Shown: positions 31,803-40,745 of the stretch, piece after piece
How positions within the stretch are numbered: position 1 is the stretch's first letter
How the letters are laid out: every line of letters begins with the position of its first letter
DNA from: an uncultured Gammaproteobacteria bacterium
GTDB taxonomy: Bacteria; Pseudomonadota; Gammaproteobacteria; UBA9214
Direction: 5' to 3'
Length of the DNA: 64,000 bases
Assembly: GCA_963748215.1 (NCBI GenBank)
Contig: CAVVHS010000007.1
Span: forward strand, 433,693-497,692
Translations under genes and position numbers: made by a program
The notes under the pieces: generated by a model
Database searches by the model: none
What the model saw: the letters and a program-made list of their open reading frames with translations, nothing else
What the model was told of the DNA's origin: nothing

Positions 31803-32551
31803 GTCGAATCCTTGCGCCGGGTCGTCGGCTGGCGCGGTGCGTCCCCGAGGGCCTGGGCGCTGACCGGCTGCCGGTCGAAGCGCCGTTCGCCGATGGGCAC
31901 CCTGAACCCGACGCGCTTGTGCAGGATCACCCCGACGGGGCATACCTCCATGGCCTTGTCGGTGACGGCGATATCGGTGTCGGCCAGCCGCCTGGATTCG
32001 GCATTGACAATCAGATGCTTGGTAATGCCGCGGCCCGACAGGGCGAACACGCACTTGTGGTCGACCTCTCTCGAGGCGCGCACGCAGAGTTCGCACAGGA
32101 TGCAGCGGTTGAATTCGAGCAGGATATCGGGATGCGAGGCATCGACCGGCCGGTTCGGAAACAGGTAGTCGAACTCGGTCGACATGATATCGAGATCGTA
32201 GGCCACCGCCTGCAGCAGGCAGTTGCCGCTTGCCTCGCAGGACGGACAGAAGTGGTTGCCCTCGATAAACAGCATCTGTACCACTGTCTGGTGTTCCTTT
32301 TTGAGTCGCTCGGTCTGGCTCGCCACTTCCATGCCGGCCTGTGCCCGCAGGGTGCAGGACGCCGTGGTCCGGCCGTTCACCTCCACCGTGCAGACCTTGC
32401 AGCTGCCATGCGGCTTGAACTCGGGGTGATAACAGAGGTGCGGGATGTAATGGCCTGCGGCAAGCGCGGCCTGGATCACCGTCTGCCCGGGTTCGAACGG
32501 CACCTCTTCCCCGTCGAGCAGAAACGTCGCGGTATTCGCTTCGGCGTTCAT
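31799..32551 (-). CDS. hoxU: Diaphorase small subunit
   Basis: IPHLC...GSCKVCTV, HFCPSCEASGNC, RCILCELCVRA, CPVG. Confidence 0.93.
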   Translation of the reverse strand: MNAEANTATFLLDGEEVPFEPGQTVIQAALAAGHYIPHLCYHPEFKPHGSCKVCTVEVNGRTTASCTLRAQAGMEVASQTERLKKEHQTVVQMLFIEGNHFCPSCEASGNCLLQAVAYDLDIMSTEFDYLFPNRPVDASHPDILLEFNRCILCELCVRASREVDHKCVFALSGRGITKHLIVNAESRRLADTDIAVTDKAMEVCPVGVILHKRVGFRVPIGERRFDRQPVSAQALGDAPRQPTTRRKDST

Positions 32552-34332
32552 TCATCGGCCCCCAGGTGTGCGCCGGCGTCAGTCCGGCCGGTCATCGCCC
32601 GGGCCCGTTCCAGCGCCCCGTCCAGGTCGAAGGCGGGCTCGAATTCGAGCGACTCCAGGTGGCGCTCGTAGGCCGGGCGAAAGCGCTTGATGGTATCGAG
32701 GAGCGGATTGCAGGCCGTGTGACCGAGCCCGCAGTGACTCGCGGACTGCAACAGCCGGCTGAGCCGGAAGATCTGGTTGAGATCATACAGGGAGCCCTTG
32801 CCTCCCTGCAGCTTGTCCATCACGTTGCACAGCAGCGTGGTGCCGACCCGGCAGGGTGTGCAGAAGCCGCAACTCTCGTGCGCGAAGAAATGCGTGAAAT
32901 TACGCGCCACCTCGAACATGTCGCGCGATTCGTCAAACACCATGAAGGCGCCGGCGGTCGGCAGGTCCTCGAAGGCGATGTGCCGCTCGAACTCGGTTGC
33001 GTCGATGCAGGTTCCCGAGGGGCCGCTGACCTGAACCGCCTGGGTGCGTTCCGCCCCGCAGTCCTCCAGCACCTGGCGCACCGTCACGCCGAACGGATAC
33101 TCGTAAATGCCGGGGCGTGCGCAGTCACCGGATACCGACAGGATCTTGCTGCCCGTGGACTTGCCGGTACCGATGCTGCCATACCATTCGTTGCCGTGCA
33201 GCGCGATCAGTGCCGCCGCGCAGAAGGTCTCGACATTATTCACCGTGGTCGGCTGCTGGAGGTAGCCGTGGGTGACCGGGTAGGGCGGACGGTTGCGCGG
33301 AATGCCCCGCTTGCCTTCCAGCGATTCGATGAGCGCGGACTCTTCACCGCAGATATAGGCGCCGGCACCGAGGTGAATCTCGATATCGAAGCCGAAACCG
33401 GCCTGGCCGCAGATGTCAGTGCCCAGCAGGCCCTCGGCACGCCGGCGCGCCAGCACCTCCTGCAAGGGCGGGAGCAGATGCCGGTACTCCCCGCGCAGGT
33501 AGAGGAAGCCCTGGCGTGCGCCGATCACGTGAGCGCAAACGGTCATGCCCTCGAACATCAGGTCAGCGTAGCGCGTCAGCAGCACCCGGTCCTTGAAGGT
33601 CCCCGGCTCGCCCTCGTCCGCATTGCAGACGACGTAGTGACTGTCACCCGCCGCGTTCCGGCAGGACTGCCACTTGAGCCCGGTGGCGAAGCCCGCACCG
33701 CCCCGGCCACGCAGGTTGGAACGTTGTATTGCCTCCAGCGTCGCCAGCGGTCCCCGGGTGATCGCGCTGCGGATGGCGGTGCCCGGTTCGAGCGAGGCGT
33801 CGAGCAGGATGTCCTTGCGGTGTATGTTGTCCTCGATCCGGAACAGCCCGGCCGGCCAGTCCTCGACCGGCGTGCGCGAGCGTATCAGTTCGGCAATCTC
33901 GTCGACCCGTGCCGTGGTGAGTTGCGGGATGGCCCAGCCGTTCACCAGCATGGCAGGGCCCTGGTCGCACATGCCGGTGCATGACGTGGTATCGACGCTT
34001 ACCAGGCCGTCCTCGGATGTCTTGCCGCGCTCCAGCCAGAGACTGTTGCACAGGTGTTCCAGCAACGCCAGGTTGCCCGCCATGCGGTCGGTGATGTTGT
34101 CGGAGAACAGCACCCGGTAGCTGCCGGCAGGCTCGAGGTGCAGGAAGCTGTAGAAACCGGCCACGCCTTCGACACGGCCGCGTGGCAGCTTGAGCAATCG
34201 CGCCAGGCAGGTCAGTGTGGCCGGCGGCAGCCAGCCCTCGATCTCCTCGGCCTCCCGCAGGATCTGCAGCAGCGCGGTCTGCTCGCTGCCGTAGCGGTCA
34301 ACGATAGTTTCCAGTTCGGTCTGTGCTTCCAT
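32548..34332 (-). CDS. hoxF: Diaphorase large (FMN/NAD-binding) subunit
   Basis: NuoE-like N-terminus, LRGRGGAGF, CNADEGEPGTFKDR, GAGAYICGEESAL, ESCGFCTPCRVG, CGLG. Confidence 0.94.
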   Translation of the reverse strand: MEAQTELETIVDRYGSEQTALLQILREAEEIEGWLPPATLTCLARLLKLPRGRVEGVAGFYSFLHLEPAGSYRVLFSDNITDRMAGNLALLEHLCNSLWLERGKTSEDGLVSVDTTSCTGMCDQGPAMLVNGWAIPQLTTARVDEIAELIRSRTPVEDWPAGLFRIEDNIHRKDILLDASLEPGTAIRSAITRGPLATLEAIQRSNLRGRGGAGFATGLKWQSCRNAAGDSHYVVCNADEGEPGTFKDRVLLTRYADLMFEGMTVCAHVIGARQGFLYLRGEYRHLLPPLQEVLARRRAEGLLGTDICGQAGFGFDIEIHLGAGAYICGEESALIESLEGKRGIPRNRPPYPVTHGYLQQPTTVNNVETFCAAALIALHGNEWYGSIGTGKSTGSKILSVSGDCARPGIYEYPFGVTVRQVLEDCGAERTQAVQVSGPSGTCIDATEFERHIAFEDLPTAGAFMVFDESRDMFEVARNFTHFFAHESCGFCTPCRVGTTLLCNVMDKLQGGKGSLYDLNQIFRLSRLLQSASHCGLGHTACNPLLDTIKRFRPAYERHLESLEFEPAFDLDGALERARAMTGRTDAGAHLGADE

Positions 34333-34618
34333 CAGTCGTGTACCACCGGGTTATGGAGGGGCGCGGTATGGCGGGCTGGAGAAACACCATCCTCAGGCGG
34401 CCGCCTGTCAACTTCAGTATACGGCATCAGCTGCACGTCATGCGGGCCGCAGTGAACGGGATGTCGTAACGGCAGCTGGTGATGTGCCGGGCATTACCGG
34501 GCAAGTCGAAGGTTACCCTGCAGACAGGTTTTGCCTTGAGAAGCCGCTTTTTCATCTTGCGTGACCTCCTGCACATGTCGTGCGGGTCGCCGGGATGCGA
34601 GTGGCGGCAGGCAGGCGC

Positions 34619-37294
34619 CTACTCGCGACCCATGTCGCTCGAAACGCCGCCCGCTGCCGGCAGATAGCAATTGACAACATAATCCTTGACCATGCGGTCG
34701 GCATTGAAGCGCCAGCCCAGGGTGCGGATGGAGCGTTTCATGCGCGCGATCCAGGCATGCGGCAAGCCATCCGGGTCGCGCTGGTAGTAAAGCGGTATCA
34801 CCTCATCCTGCAGTACACGGTACAGGGCCGCGGCATCGCGCTGGTCCTGCAGTGCCTGGTTGCTGTGGGTTTCACCGTTGCTGATGGTAAATCCGTTGCG
34901 GCCGTCGTAGGCCTCCGCCCACCAGCCGTCCAGCACCGAGAGGTTGAGTCCGCCGTTGAGCACGACCTTCTGCCCGCTGGTGCCCGAGGCTTCCAGTGGC
35001 CGTCGCGGGTTGTTCAGCCACACATCGACGCCCTGCACCAGGTGGCGCGCGGTGTTCATGTCGTAGTTTTCGACAAACACGATCTTGCCGGCAAAGCGCG
35101 GATCGCGGCTGAGCTGGTCGATGTCCTGCAGGATGCCCTTGCCGACGCTGTCCTGGGGATGCGCCTTGCCCGCGAACAGGACCTGTACCGGGGCCTGCGG
35201 ATTGTTGACCAGGCGATCCAGTGCCTCCAGGTCATCGAGCAGCAGGTGACTGCGCTTGTATTCGGCGAAGCGGCGCGCGAAGCCGATGGTGAGCGTGTCG
35301 AGGTTGAGCGAGCGGCGCAGCTCCTCCATCACCGCGGCTGTCGCCCCGCGGCGCTGCTCCTGGCCGGTGACGCGGTGCCGGACGAAATCGAGCAGGCGTG
35401 CCTTCAGGATCTGGTGCGTTTCCCACAGTTCGCCGTCATCCAGCCGGTCGATGCCGGTCCATACCCCGGGCTCGGCGCTGTGCTGCGCCCAGTCCGGGCC
35501 GAAATGGCGTTCGTACAGGGTGCGCATCTGCGGTGCCAGCCAGGACAGGACATGCACGCCGTTGGTGATATGACCGATAGGCGGCGACCGGCCGGGCCAC
35601 AGATCGCGCCACATGGAACGCGACACCCGGCCGTGCAGGGCGGACACGCCGTTGGTACGGCGTGACATCTTCAGCGCCAGCACGGTCATGCAGAAGGTTT
35701 CCCCGGGGTTGTGCGGATTCACCCGGCCCAGTCCCATGAACTCGTCATAGCTGATGCCGAGCGCATCGCGCAGCGGGCCCAGGTGTTCTTCCACCATATC
35801 GGTATGGAAGCGGTCGTGGCCGGCCGGTACCGGGGTATGGGTGGTGAAGACATTGCGGCGCGCCACACGCAGCATGGCGTCCCAGAAATGAATGCCCTCC
35901 AGTTGCATGCGGGTACGCGCGATTTCCAGGGACGCAAAGGCGCTGTGGCCCTCGTTCATGTGCAGCACGCCCGGTGTGATGCCCAGGGCGTCCAGGGCGC
36001 GCACGCCACCGACGCCCAGCAGGAGCTCGTGGCGGATGCGGGTGCGGGCATCACCACCGTAGAGGCGCGCGGTCAGGGCCCGGTCCTCCTCGTTGTTCCC
36101 GGGTACATCCGAATCCAGCAGCAGCAGGGTGCAGCGGCCGACGGCGAGTTTCCAGACGCGTGCGGACAGCGTGCCGTTGCGGGTCTGGATATGGATCATC
36201 AGGGGCTGCCCGTCAGCGCCGGTGGCCGGCTCCATGGGCAGCTGCCAGGCATCGACGTCGAGGTAGTCCTCGTGCTGCCAGCCGTCCTGGTCCAGGTGCT
36301 GGCGGAAATAACCCTGGCTGTAATAGAGCCCGACGCCGATCAACGGTACGCCGAGATCGGAGGCGCTCTTGACGTGGTCGCCGGCCAGGATGCCCAGGCC
36401 GCCGGAGTAGATGGGCACGGATTCATGCAGGCCGAACTCGGCGGAAAAATACGCCACCGGGCGGGCGCCGAGCACGCCGGCATGGGTGTCGCCCCAGGAA
36501 TCCCGATTGCCGAGATATTCCTGCAGGCGCCGGCAGGTTTGATTGATGCCGCCGCTCAGCACGTGGCGGTCGATGTTTTCCTCCAGCTCGAGCAGCGGGA
36601 TTTCGGCAATCAGGGCCACGGGATTGTGGTCCAGCTCCTGCCAGCGCAGCGGGTTGAGGGCGTGGAACAGCCCTTCGGCCACCATGTCCCAGCACCACCA
36701 CAGGTTGCGGGCCAGGCCGTAAAGACGCTCGTAGTCCGGCGCGATCAGTTGTTCGATCTTGCGTACCTCGCCGACGATGGGACCCAGCGGCGCGGTTGCG
36801 CTAACCAGCTGCTGGATTTCGTTCGGGGAGAAGGTGCGCGGCTCGGTGGTCTGTACCACCAGGACACCCTGCAGCAGCCCGCGGTCCAGCAGCGGCAGGC
36901 CGAGGAAGGAATGGTAGGGCTCCTCGCCGGTTTCCGGAAAGTACTTGAAGCGTGCATGCTGACTGGCGTCTTCCACCATGATGGGCCGGGATTCCTGGGC
37001 CACCAGGCCGGCCAGTCCTTCGTGCAGGCTCATGCGCACCTTGCGCACGCTTTCCTGGCGCAGGCCCAGGGTCGCGGCCAGCACCAGGTGGCTGCGGTCG
37101 GGTTCGAGCAGGTACACCGAGCAGACATTGGTATGGAAGTGCGCCTGGATCAGCTGGATCACGGAATTGAGCGTCACCGCCGGATCGCCGCGCTCGGCGA
37201 CCATCGTGCGCAGCGCCTCCACGTTGAGGTGCTGTTCCACGACCGGCTGCAGCGATGGGGTCGAAGGCGCCGCTGCTGGATCGTTCAAATTCAT
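34619..37294 (-). CDS. glgP: Alpha-glucan phosphorylase (YSGGLG type) with an N-terminal PtsP-like GAF domain
   Basis: LARNLWW, VAYFSAEFG, YSGGLGILAGDH, HMNEGH, GFARRFAEYKR, EASGTSGQK (PLP Lys). N-terminal VCSVYLL...LAATLGL...EGLAGLV...FKYFPETGEEPYHSFLGLP...GVLVVQ is a GAF domain. Confidence 0.92.
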   Translation of the reverse strand: MNLNDPAAAPSTPSLQPVVEQHLNVEALRTMVAERGDPAVTLNSVIQLIQAHFHTNVCSVYLLEPDRSHLVLAATLGLRQESVRKVRMSLHEGLAGLVAQESRPIMVEDASQHARFKYFPETGEEPYHSFLGLPLLDRGLLQGVLVVQTTEPRTFSPNEIQQLVSATAPLGPIVGEVRKIEQLIAPDYERLYGLARNLWWCWDMVAEGLFHALNPLRWQELDHNPVALIAEIPLLELEENIDRHVLSGGINQTCRRLQEYLGNRDSWGDTHAGVLGARPVAYFSAEFGLHESVPIYSGGLGILAGDHVKSASDLGVPLIGVGLYYSQGYFRQHLDQDGWQHEDYLDVDAWQLPMEPATGADGQPLMIHIQTRNGTLSARVWKLAVGRCTLLLLDSDVPGNNEEDRALTARLYGGDARTRIRHELLLGVGGVRALDALGITPGVLHMNEGHSAFASLEIARTRMQLEGIHFWDAMLRVARRNVFTTHTPVPAGHDRFHTDMVEEHLGPLRDALGISYDEFMGLGRVNPHNPGETFCMTVLALKMSRRTNGVSALHGRVSRSMWRDLWPGRSPPIGHITNGVHVLSWLAPQMRTLYERHFGPDWAQHSAEPGVWTGIDRLDDGELWETHQILKARLLDFVRHRVTGQEQRRGATAAVMEELRRSLNLDTLTIGFARRFAEYKRSHLLLDDLEALDRLVNNPQAPVQVLFAGKAHPQDSVGKGILQDIDQLSRDPRFAGKIVFVENYDMNTARHLVQGVDVWLNNPRRPLEASGTSGQKVVLNGGLNLSVLDGWWAEAYDGRNGFTISNGETHSNQALQDQRDAAALYRVLQDEVIPLYYQRDPDGLPHAWIARMKRSIRTLGWRFNADRMVKDYVVNCYLPAAGGVSSDMGRE

Positions 37295-37337
37295 GGTCGT
37301 TCTCGTGTGAGCCGGATCGTGTCGGGTCGGGCGCAGC

Positions 37338-38591
37338 CTAGGCGGATTTGCTGCGGCTGTTGCCGGACTGTGCCTGCAATTCGAGCAGTTCTTCCTCGAC
37401 CCCGGCGGCATGCGTCAGCTGGGCCACGTTCTCCTTGGTGAAGAAGCCCTGGAAATCACCGAAGCGCTGTACGTACTCGATGATCAGCGAGGAATGTTCC
37501 GAGGCGCTGGAGAAGATCTGTTTCAGGCCCTGGTCCCTGGAGCCAATGACGTCGAGCAGGAAGTCACGACCCTGGGCGGCGATTCGGCTGACGACGTGTT
37601 CGATGTTTTCCACGCCATCAGTCTCGCCGTCACGCACGGCCAGGGCGATATGATGCAGCCGCGGACCGTAGTTGCGCACGAAGGTCTCGGTGGGCGAGGG
37701 CAGCTGTTCGAGATGGTTGACGAAGTAGGGCGTGTTGTTGGCGGTGAACACCTTGGCCGGACTGTGTATTTCGCTGCCGGGGTGCGCGTTCTTGGTGACA
37801 TTGGTCGAGGAATTCTGGTCGTGGATGTCGTAGGAGCCCCAGTAGTAGTAGCTGGAAAGCGACAGCCATTCCAGGATGGCGACCTCCCGGTTCTGGCTGT
37901 AGATGCGCGTGGCCAGATGGTCGATGGGCAGGATCAGGTCGTCGATGTGCAGCGTCTTCTGCAGTTCCTTGGCAGCCAGGTAGACATCCTGCACCTCCGG
38001 ATTGATGCTGCTGATACCCAACGCGTAGACCCGGATCTGCTCGGGCGTCCGCTCCATGTAGCCGACGATGTTGTGGGTGTAGGGCGACGGCTTGACGATA
38101 GCGAGGTTGCCGGGCAGTTCCAGCTTGCGGGCGTCGTCCTGGGAGAAGAAGCGGAATTCCCGCGCCTGCTGGGTTTCGACCACGCCGTGCAGGTCGCTGA
38201 CCCGCAGGATTTCACCCATGTAACGGCTGTTGGGTTTGCGCGCGCCGATGGGGTAGACCTCGTTGAGGCTGCGGAAGATGCCGCGCGTACGCCGGTCCTT
38301 GACCTCGCGTACCAGGAAGTCCGGCGAGTTCATGTCGATGCGCAGGACATGCGTCCAGTGGCTCTTGCTCTCCAGCGTCACCAGGTAGTGGTAAGGCGTC
38401 ATCAGCGCCAGTTCGCCGATGTAGCGTATGGAATTGCCGGGATCGACGGTGATCATGATGGCCTCGATCTGGTCGATCATGTCGGTCAGGCCGCTGCGGT
38501 CGCGCTCTTCCAGCAGGCGCAACAGGTACTCCTCGAAGAACGGTGAATTCTGCTTGTCGCCGTGGCGGGCGAATGTGGTCGAGCTGGTCAT
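37338..38591 (-). CDS. Uncharacterised VOC/HPPD-fold protein
   Basis: IDHLATRI, GPRLHHIAL, LKQIFS and IIEYVQR...GFF follow the order of the HPPD C-terminal domain motifs (His-His-Glu triad). Confidence 0.7.
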   Translation of the reverse strand: MTSSTTFARHGDKQNSPFFEEYLLRLLEERDRSGLTDMIDQIEAIMITVDPGNSIRYIGELALMTPYHYLVTLESKSHWTHVLRIDMNSPDFLVREVKDRRTRGIFRSLNEVYPIGARKPNSRYMGEILRVSDLHGVVETQQAREFRFFSQDDARKLELPGNLAIVKPSPYTHNIVGYMERTPEQIRVYALGISSINPEVQDVYLAAKELQKTLHIDDLILPIDHLATRIYSQNREVAILEWLSLSSYYYWGSYDIHDQNSSTNVTKNAHPGSEIHSPAKVFTANNTPYFVNHLEQLPSPTETFVRNYGPRLHHIALAVRDGETDGVENIEHVVSRIAAQGRDFLLDVIGSRDQGLKQIFSSASEHSSLIIEYVQRFGDFQGFFTKENVAQLTHAAGVEEELLELQAQSGNSRSKSA

Positions 38592-38633
38592 GTCTGGCTA
38601 TCCAATCCTGTCGATGTTTGCTGTCGATAGCTT

Positions 38634-38649
38634 TGCAATATTTACGCCA
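38634..38649 (-). promoter_or_regulatory. sigma54 promoter for the HPPD-like / GAF-glgP operon
   Basis: Minus strand TGGCGTAAATATTGCA, GG-N10-GC, about 45 bp upstream of the start codon. Confidence 0.75.
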
Positions 38650-38745
38650 TATGCTCGCCACCGGGCTGCATTGCCCGTTTGCAGCCAGAATTGCGTCCCT
38701 GGCCACCCGCCGCGTCCCTTCAGGCGCGCCGGCACGAGGGTGTCA

Positions 38746-38794
38746 TGCACACCTATGCAGCACGGCAGACTGTCGGTTGCACCAGAATTGACCG
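38746..38794. promoter_or_regulatory. Tandem NtrC-like enhancer sites
   Basis: TGCACACCTATGCAGCA (38746) and TGCACCAGAATTGACCG (38778), 32 bp apart. The second shares TGCACCAGAAT with the site at 28974. Confidence 0.5.
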
Positions 38795-39014
38795 ATGGGC
38801 GGGCGTCCGCCGGACGGCATCAACATTCCAGGCGGCGGGGAATGCTTGCGTTGTCCGGATAGCGGGGGGAATGCTGTTGCGCGACTTTACCCCGGTGTCG
38901 GCACAAGGCAGGTTGGCGGGCGATGCCCGGGCCAATCACCCGGTTCGCGGCGGGAGAGGCGGTGTTGCGCAATATTCCGCGCCCGCTGCCGGATGACGGG
39001 GAGAAATGTCCGGG

Positions 39015-39183
39015 CTAGGAGCCTGTCGGACTTGGGCGATCGTAGCGAGCCGGGTGGGAGAACGAGGTCATTTTTTCGATCGTTCGAGGAGAATAGCCGT
39101 AGCTATTTGACGAGGAGGATCGGAAAAATGGGCCGCTGTCCCGCCGGCGCAGGAGATCAGTCCTAAGTCCGACAGACTCCTAG
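39015..39183. mobile_element. MITE with terminal inverted repeats, flanked by CTAG
   Basis: Left end CTAG-GAGCCTGTCGGACTTGGG; right end (reverse complement) CTAG-GAGTCTGTCGGACTTAGG. Nested internal palindromes CATTTTTTCGATC/GATCGGAAAAATG and AATAGC/GCTATT. No transposase. Confidence 0.8.
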
Positions 39184-39488
39184 ACCACGACCACGGAGTT
39201 ATCCGAGGTACCGAAGGGATTCGGCACATACTTGTCGGCGTCCCAGTCGTTTTCCCAGGTGTCGGCATCGATCAGGTAGCGGAACTGGTATTCGTGGTTG
39301 GTCTCGAGTTCGAGCGTGACCTTGAATGTGCCGTCCTTGAGTTTCTTCAGCGGAATGGCGTAGAGATTCCACTCGTTGAATTCACCGACGATATGAACGT
39401 TGCTGGCATCTTTCGCCGCCTCGGGCGGCAGCCGAAACGTCACCTTGCAGACCGGCTTGGATTTCAGATACTGCTTAGTAAGGCTCAT
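39180..39488 (-). CDS. Isoamylase early-set / CBM48 glycogen-binding protein
   Basis: KQYLKSKPVCKVTF, VGEFNEW, YQFRYLID, WENDWDAD, NPFG..NSVV. AGGAGG SD before ATG at 39488. Confidence 0.9.
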   Translation of the reverse strand: MSLTKQYLKSKPVCKVTFRLPPEAAKDASNVHIVGEFNEWNLYAIPLKKLKDGTFKVTLELETNHEYQFRYLIDADTWENDWDADKYVPNPFGTSDNSVVVV

Positions 39489-39665
39489 CGCCTCCTCCTG
39501 AACGCTGTTGTGATGGTCGCTGCGTGTACAACACAAGGCAAGGATACATCTAGTTGAGCGGACCGTGCAAAGCAAGCGTTTTTTTCCGGGACCGACAGAG
39601 ATCTACTAGCAGAGATCTACTATCAGTCGATCGACATCAACCGGGCTGGCATGCGGCCATCGTCC

Positions 39666-40367
39666 TCACGGCGCCGGTGACGGCGGCATGACGCCAGCGG
39701 TCGATGCCCAGTCGTCATCCCAGAGCCGGAAGCCGCCGGCAAAGGCATTGGCGTTGTCGCCGCGGAACACGTGTTCCGGCAACTCGTCATCCTTGAATTT
39801 CCAGACATTGCCGCCGCCCAGCACCACGTAGTCCGGATAAAGCGCATACCGGAACAGTGCAATGGCCTCCAGCACCTGTGCCTTCCAGCCGGCCAGTCCG
39901 GTGCGGTCGAGGCCCGCCTTGCCGAGCGCGTACTCGAAGGTCTGGCCATCACGAAACGGCAGGTGGGCCATTTCCATGGGCACGATGTGACCATCGTGAA
40001 TGATGGCGGAGCCCAGCCCCGTGCCGAGTCCCAGGAACAGCATGTGGCCGCCCCGGTAACTGCCCAGGGCCTGCATGGCGGCGTCGTTGATGAGCCGGAC
40101 AGGGCTGCCGAATGCGGCCGCGTAGTCGAAATCCACCCAGCCGCCACCCAGGTTGACCGGCTCGCGCAACGGACGGTTGGCGCGGATGGGGCCGGGAAAG
40201 CCGATGGAGGCGCGCTCGTAGTGCCAGTCGCCGGCGGTTTCGTCCAGCGCCTGCATCAGTTGCTGCGGTGTCATGTGCGACGGGGTGGGAAAACTGCGCG
40301 GTACGGTCTCGCCCGTCAATGCCAGCTTGACGCTGAGACCACCGATGTCCACCACGAGTATGTTCAT
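39666..40367 (-). CDS. ROK-family (polyphosphate) glucokinase-like protein
   Basis: ILVVDIGG, SIGFPGP, INDAAMQALG, FLGLGTGLGS, VVLGGGN, NANAFAGG. Confidence 0.88.
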   Translation of the reverse strand: MNILVVDIGGLSVKLALTGETVPRSFPTPSHMTPQQLMQALDETAGDWHYERASIGFPGPIRANRPLREPVNLGGGWVDFDYAAAFGSPVRLINDAAMQALGSYRGGHMLFLGLGTGLGSAIIHDGHIVPMEMAHLPFRDGQTFEYALGKAGLDRTGLAGWKAQVLEAIALFRYALYPDYVVLGGGNVWKFKDDELPEHVFRGDNANAFAGGFRLWDDDWASTAGVMPPSPAP

Positions 40368-40745
40368 GAGCTGTCCCTTTGGCAGGTGAGCGGATCGGAG
40401 TTGGCTGCAGGTTATCATGTCCGGCAACGCGGGCAATGACCGGCGTGCCGTAGTACACGGCGTATGCCGTGCGCAACTGGTTCTGCGCACGGGAATATTG
40501 ATTTGTGTCAACAGCCTGCGTAGTTTTCTGTATTCAATTATACTGCGGGTATGAGGCGCCATGGGCCTGTTGACGGGCCGGGTCACACCGGCCGGGCGAT
40601 AGTCGGCAGTGTTCATTTCCCATGCGCCGCACCATGCGTCCGTGTATCCTTGTGCGCCGCAGGTCAAGCGTGGCGTGGATGGCCCCCTGCACTGGTGCCG
40701 GCGCGGATGTGCCGGAGGCGTCCCGTTTGCCAGGGATTCGACAAT

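Noticed and set aside
31803-32555. Apparent 250-aa N-terminal extension of HoxY
   Set aside because: It is an alternative frame overlapping hoxU. The real HoxY starts at 31802.
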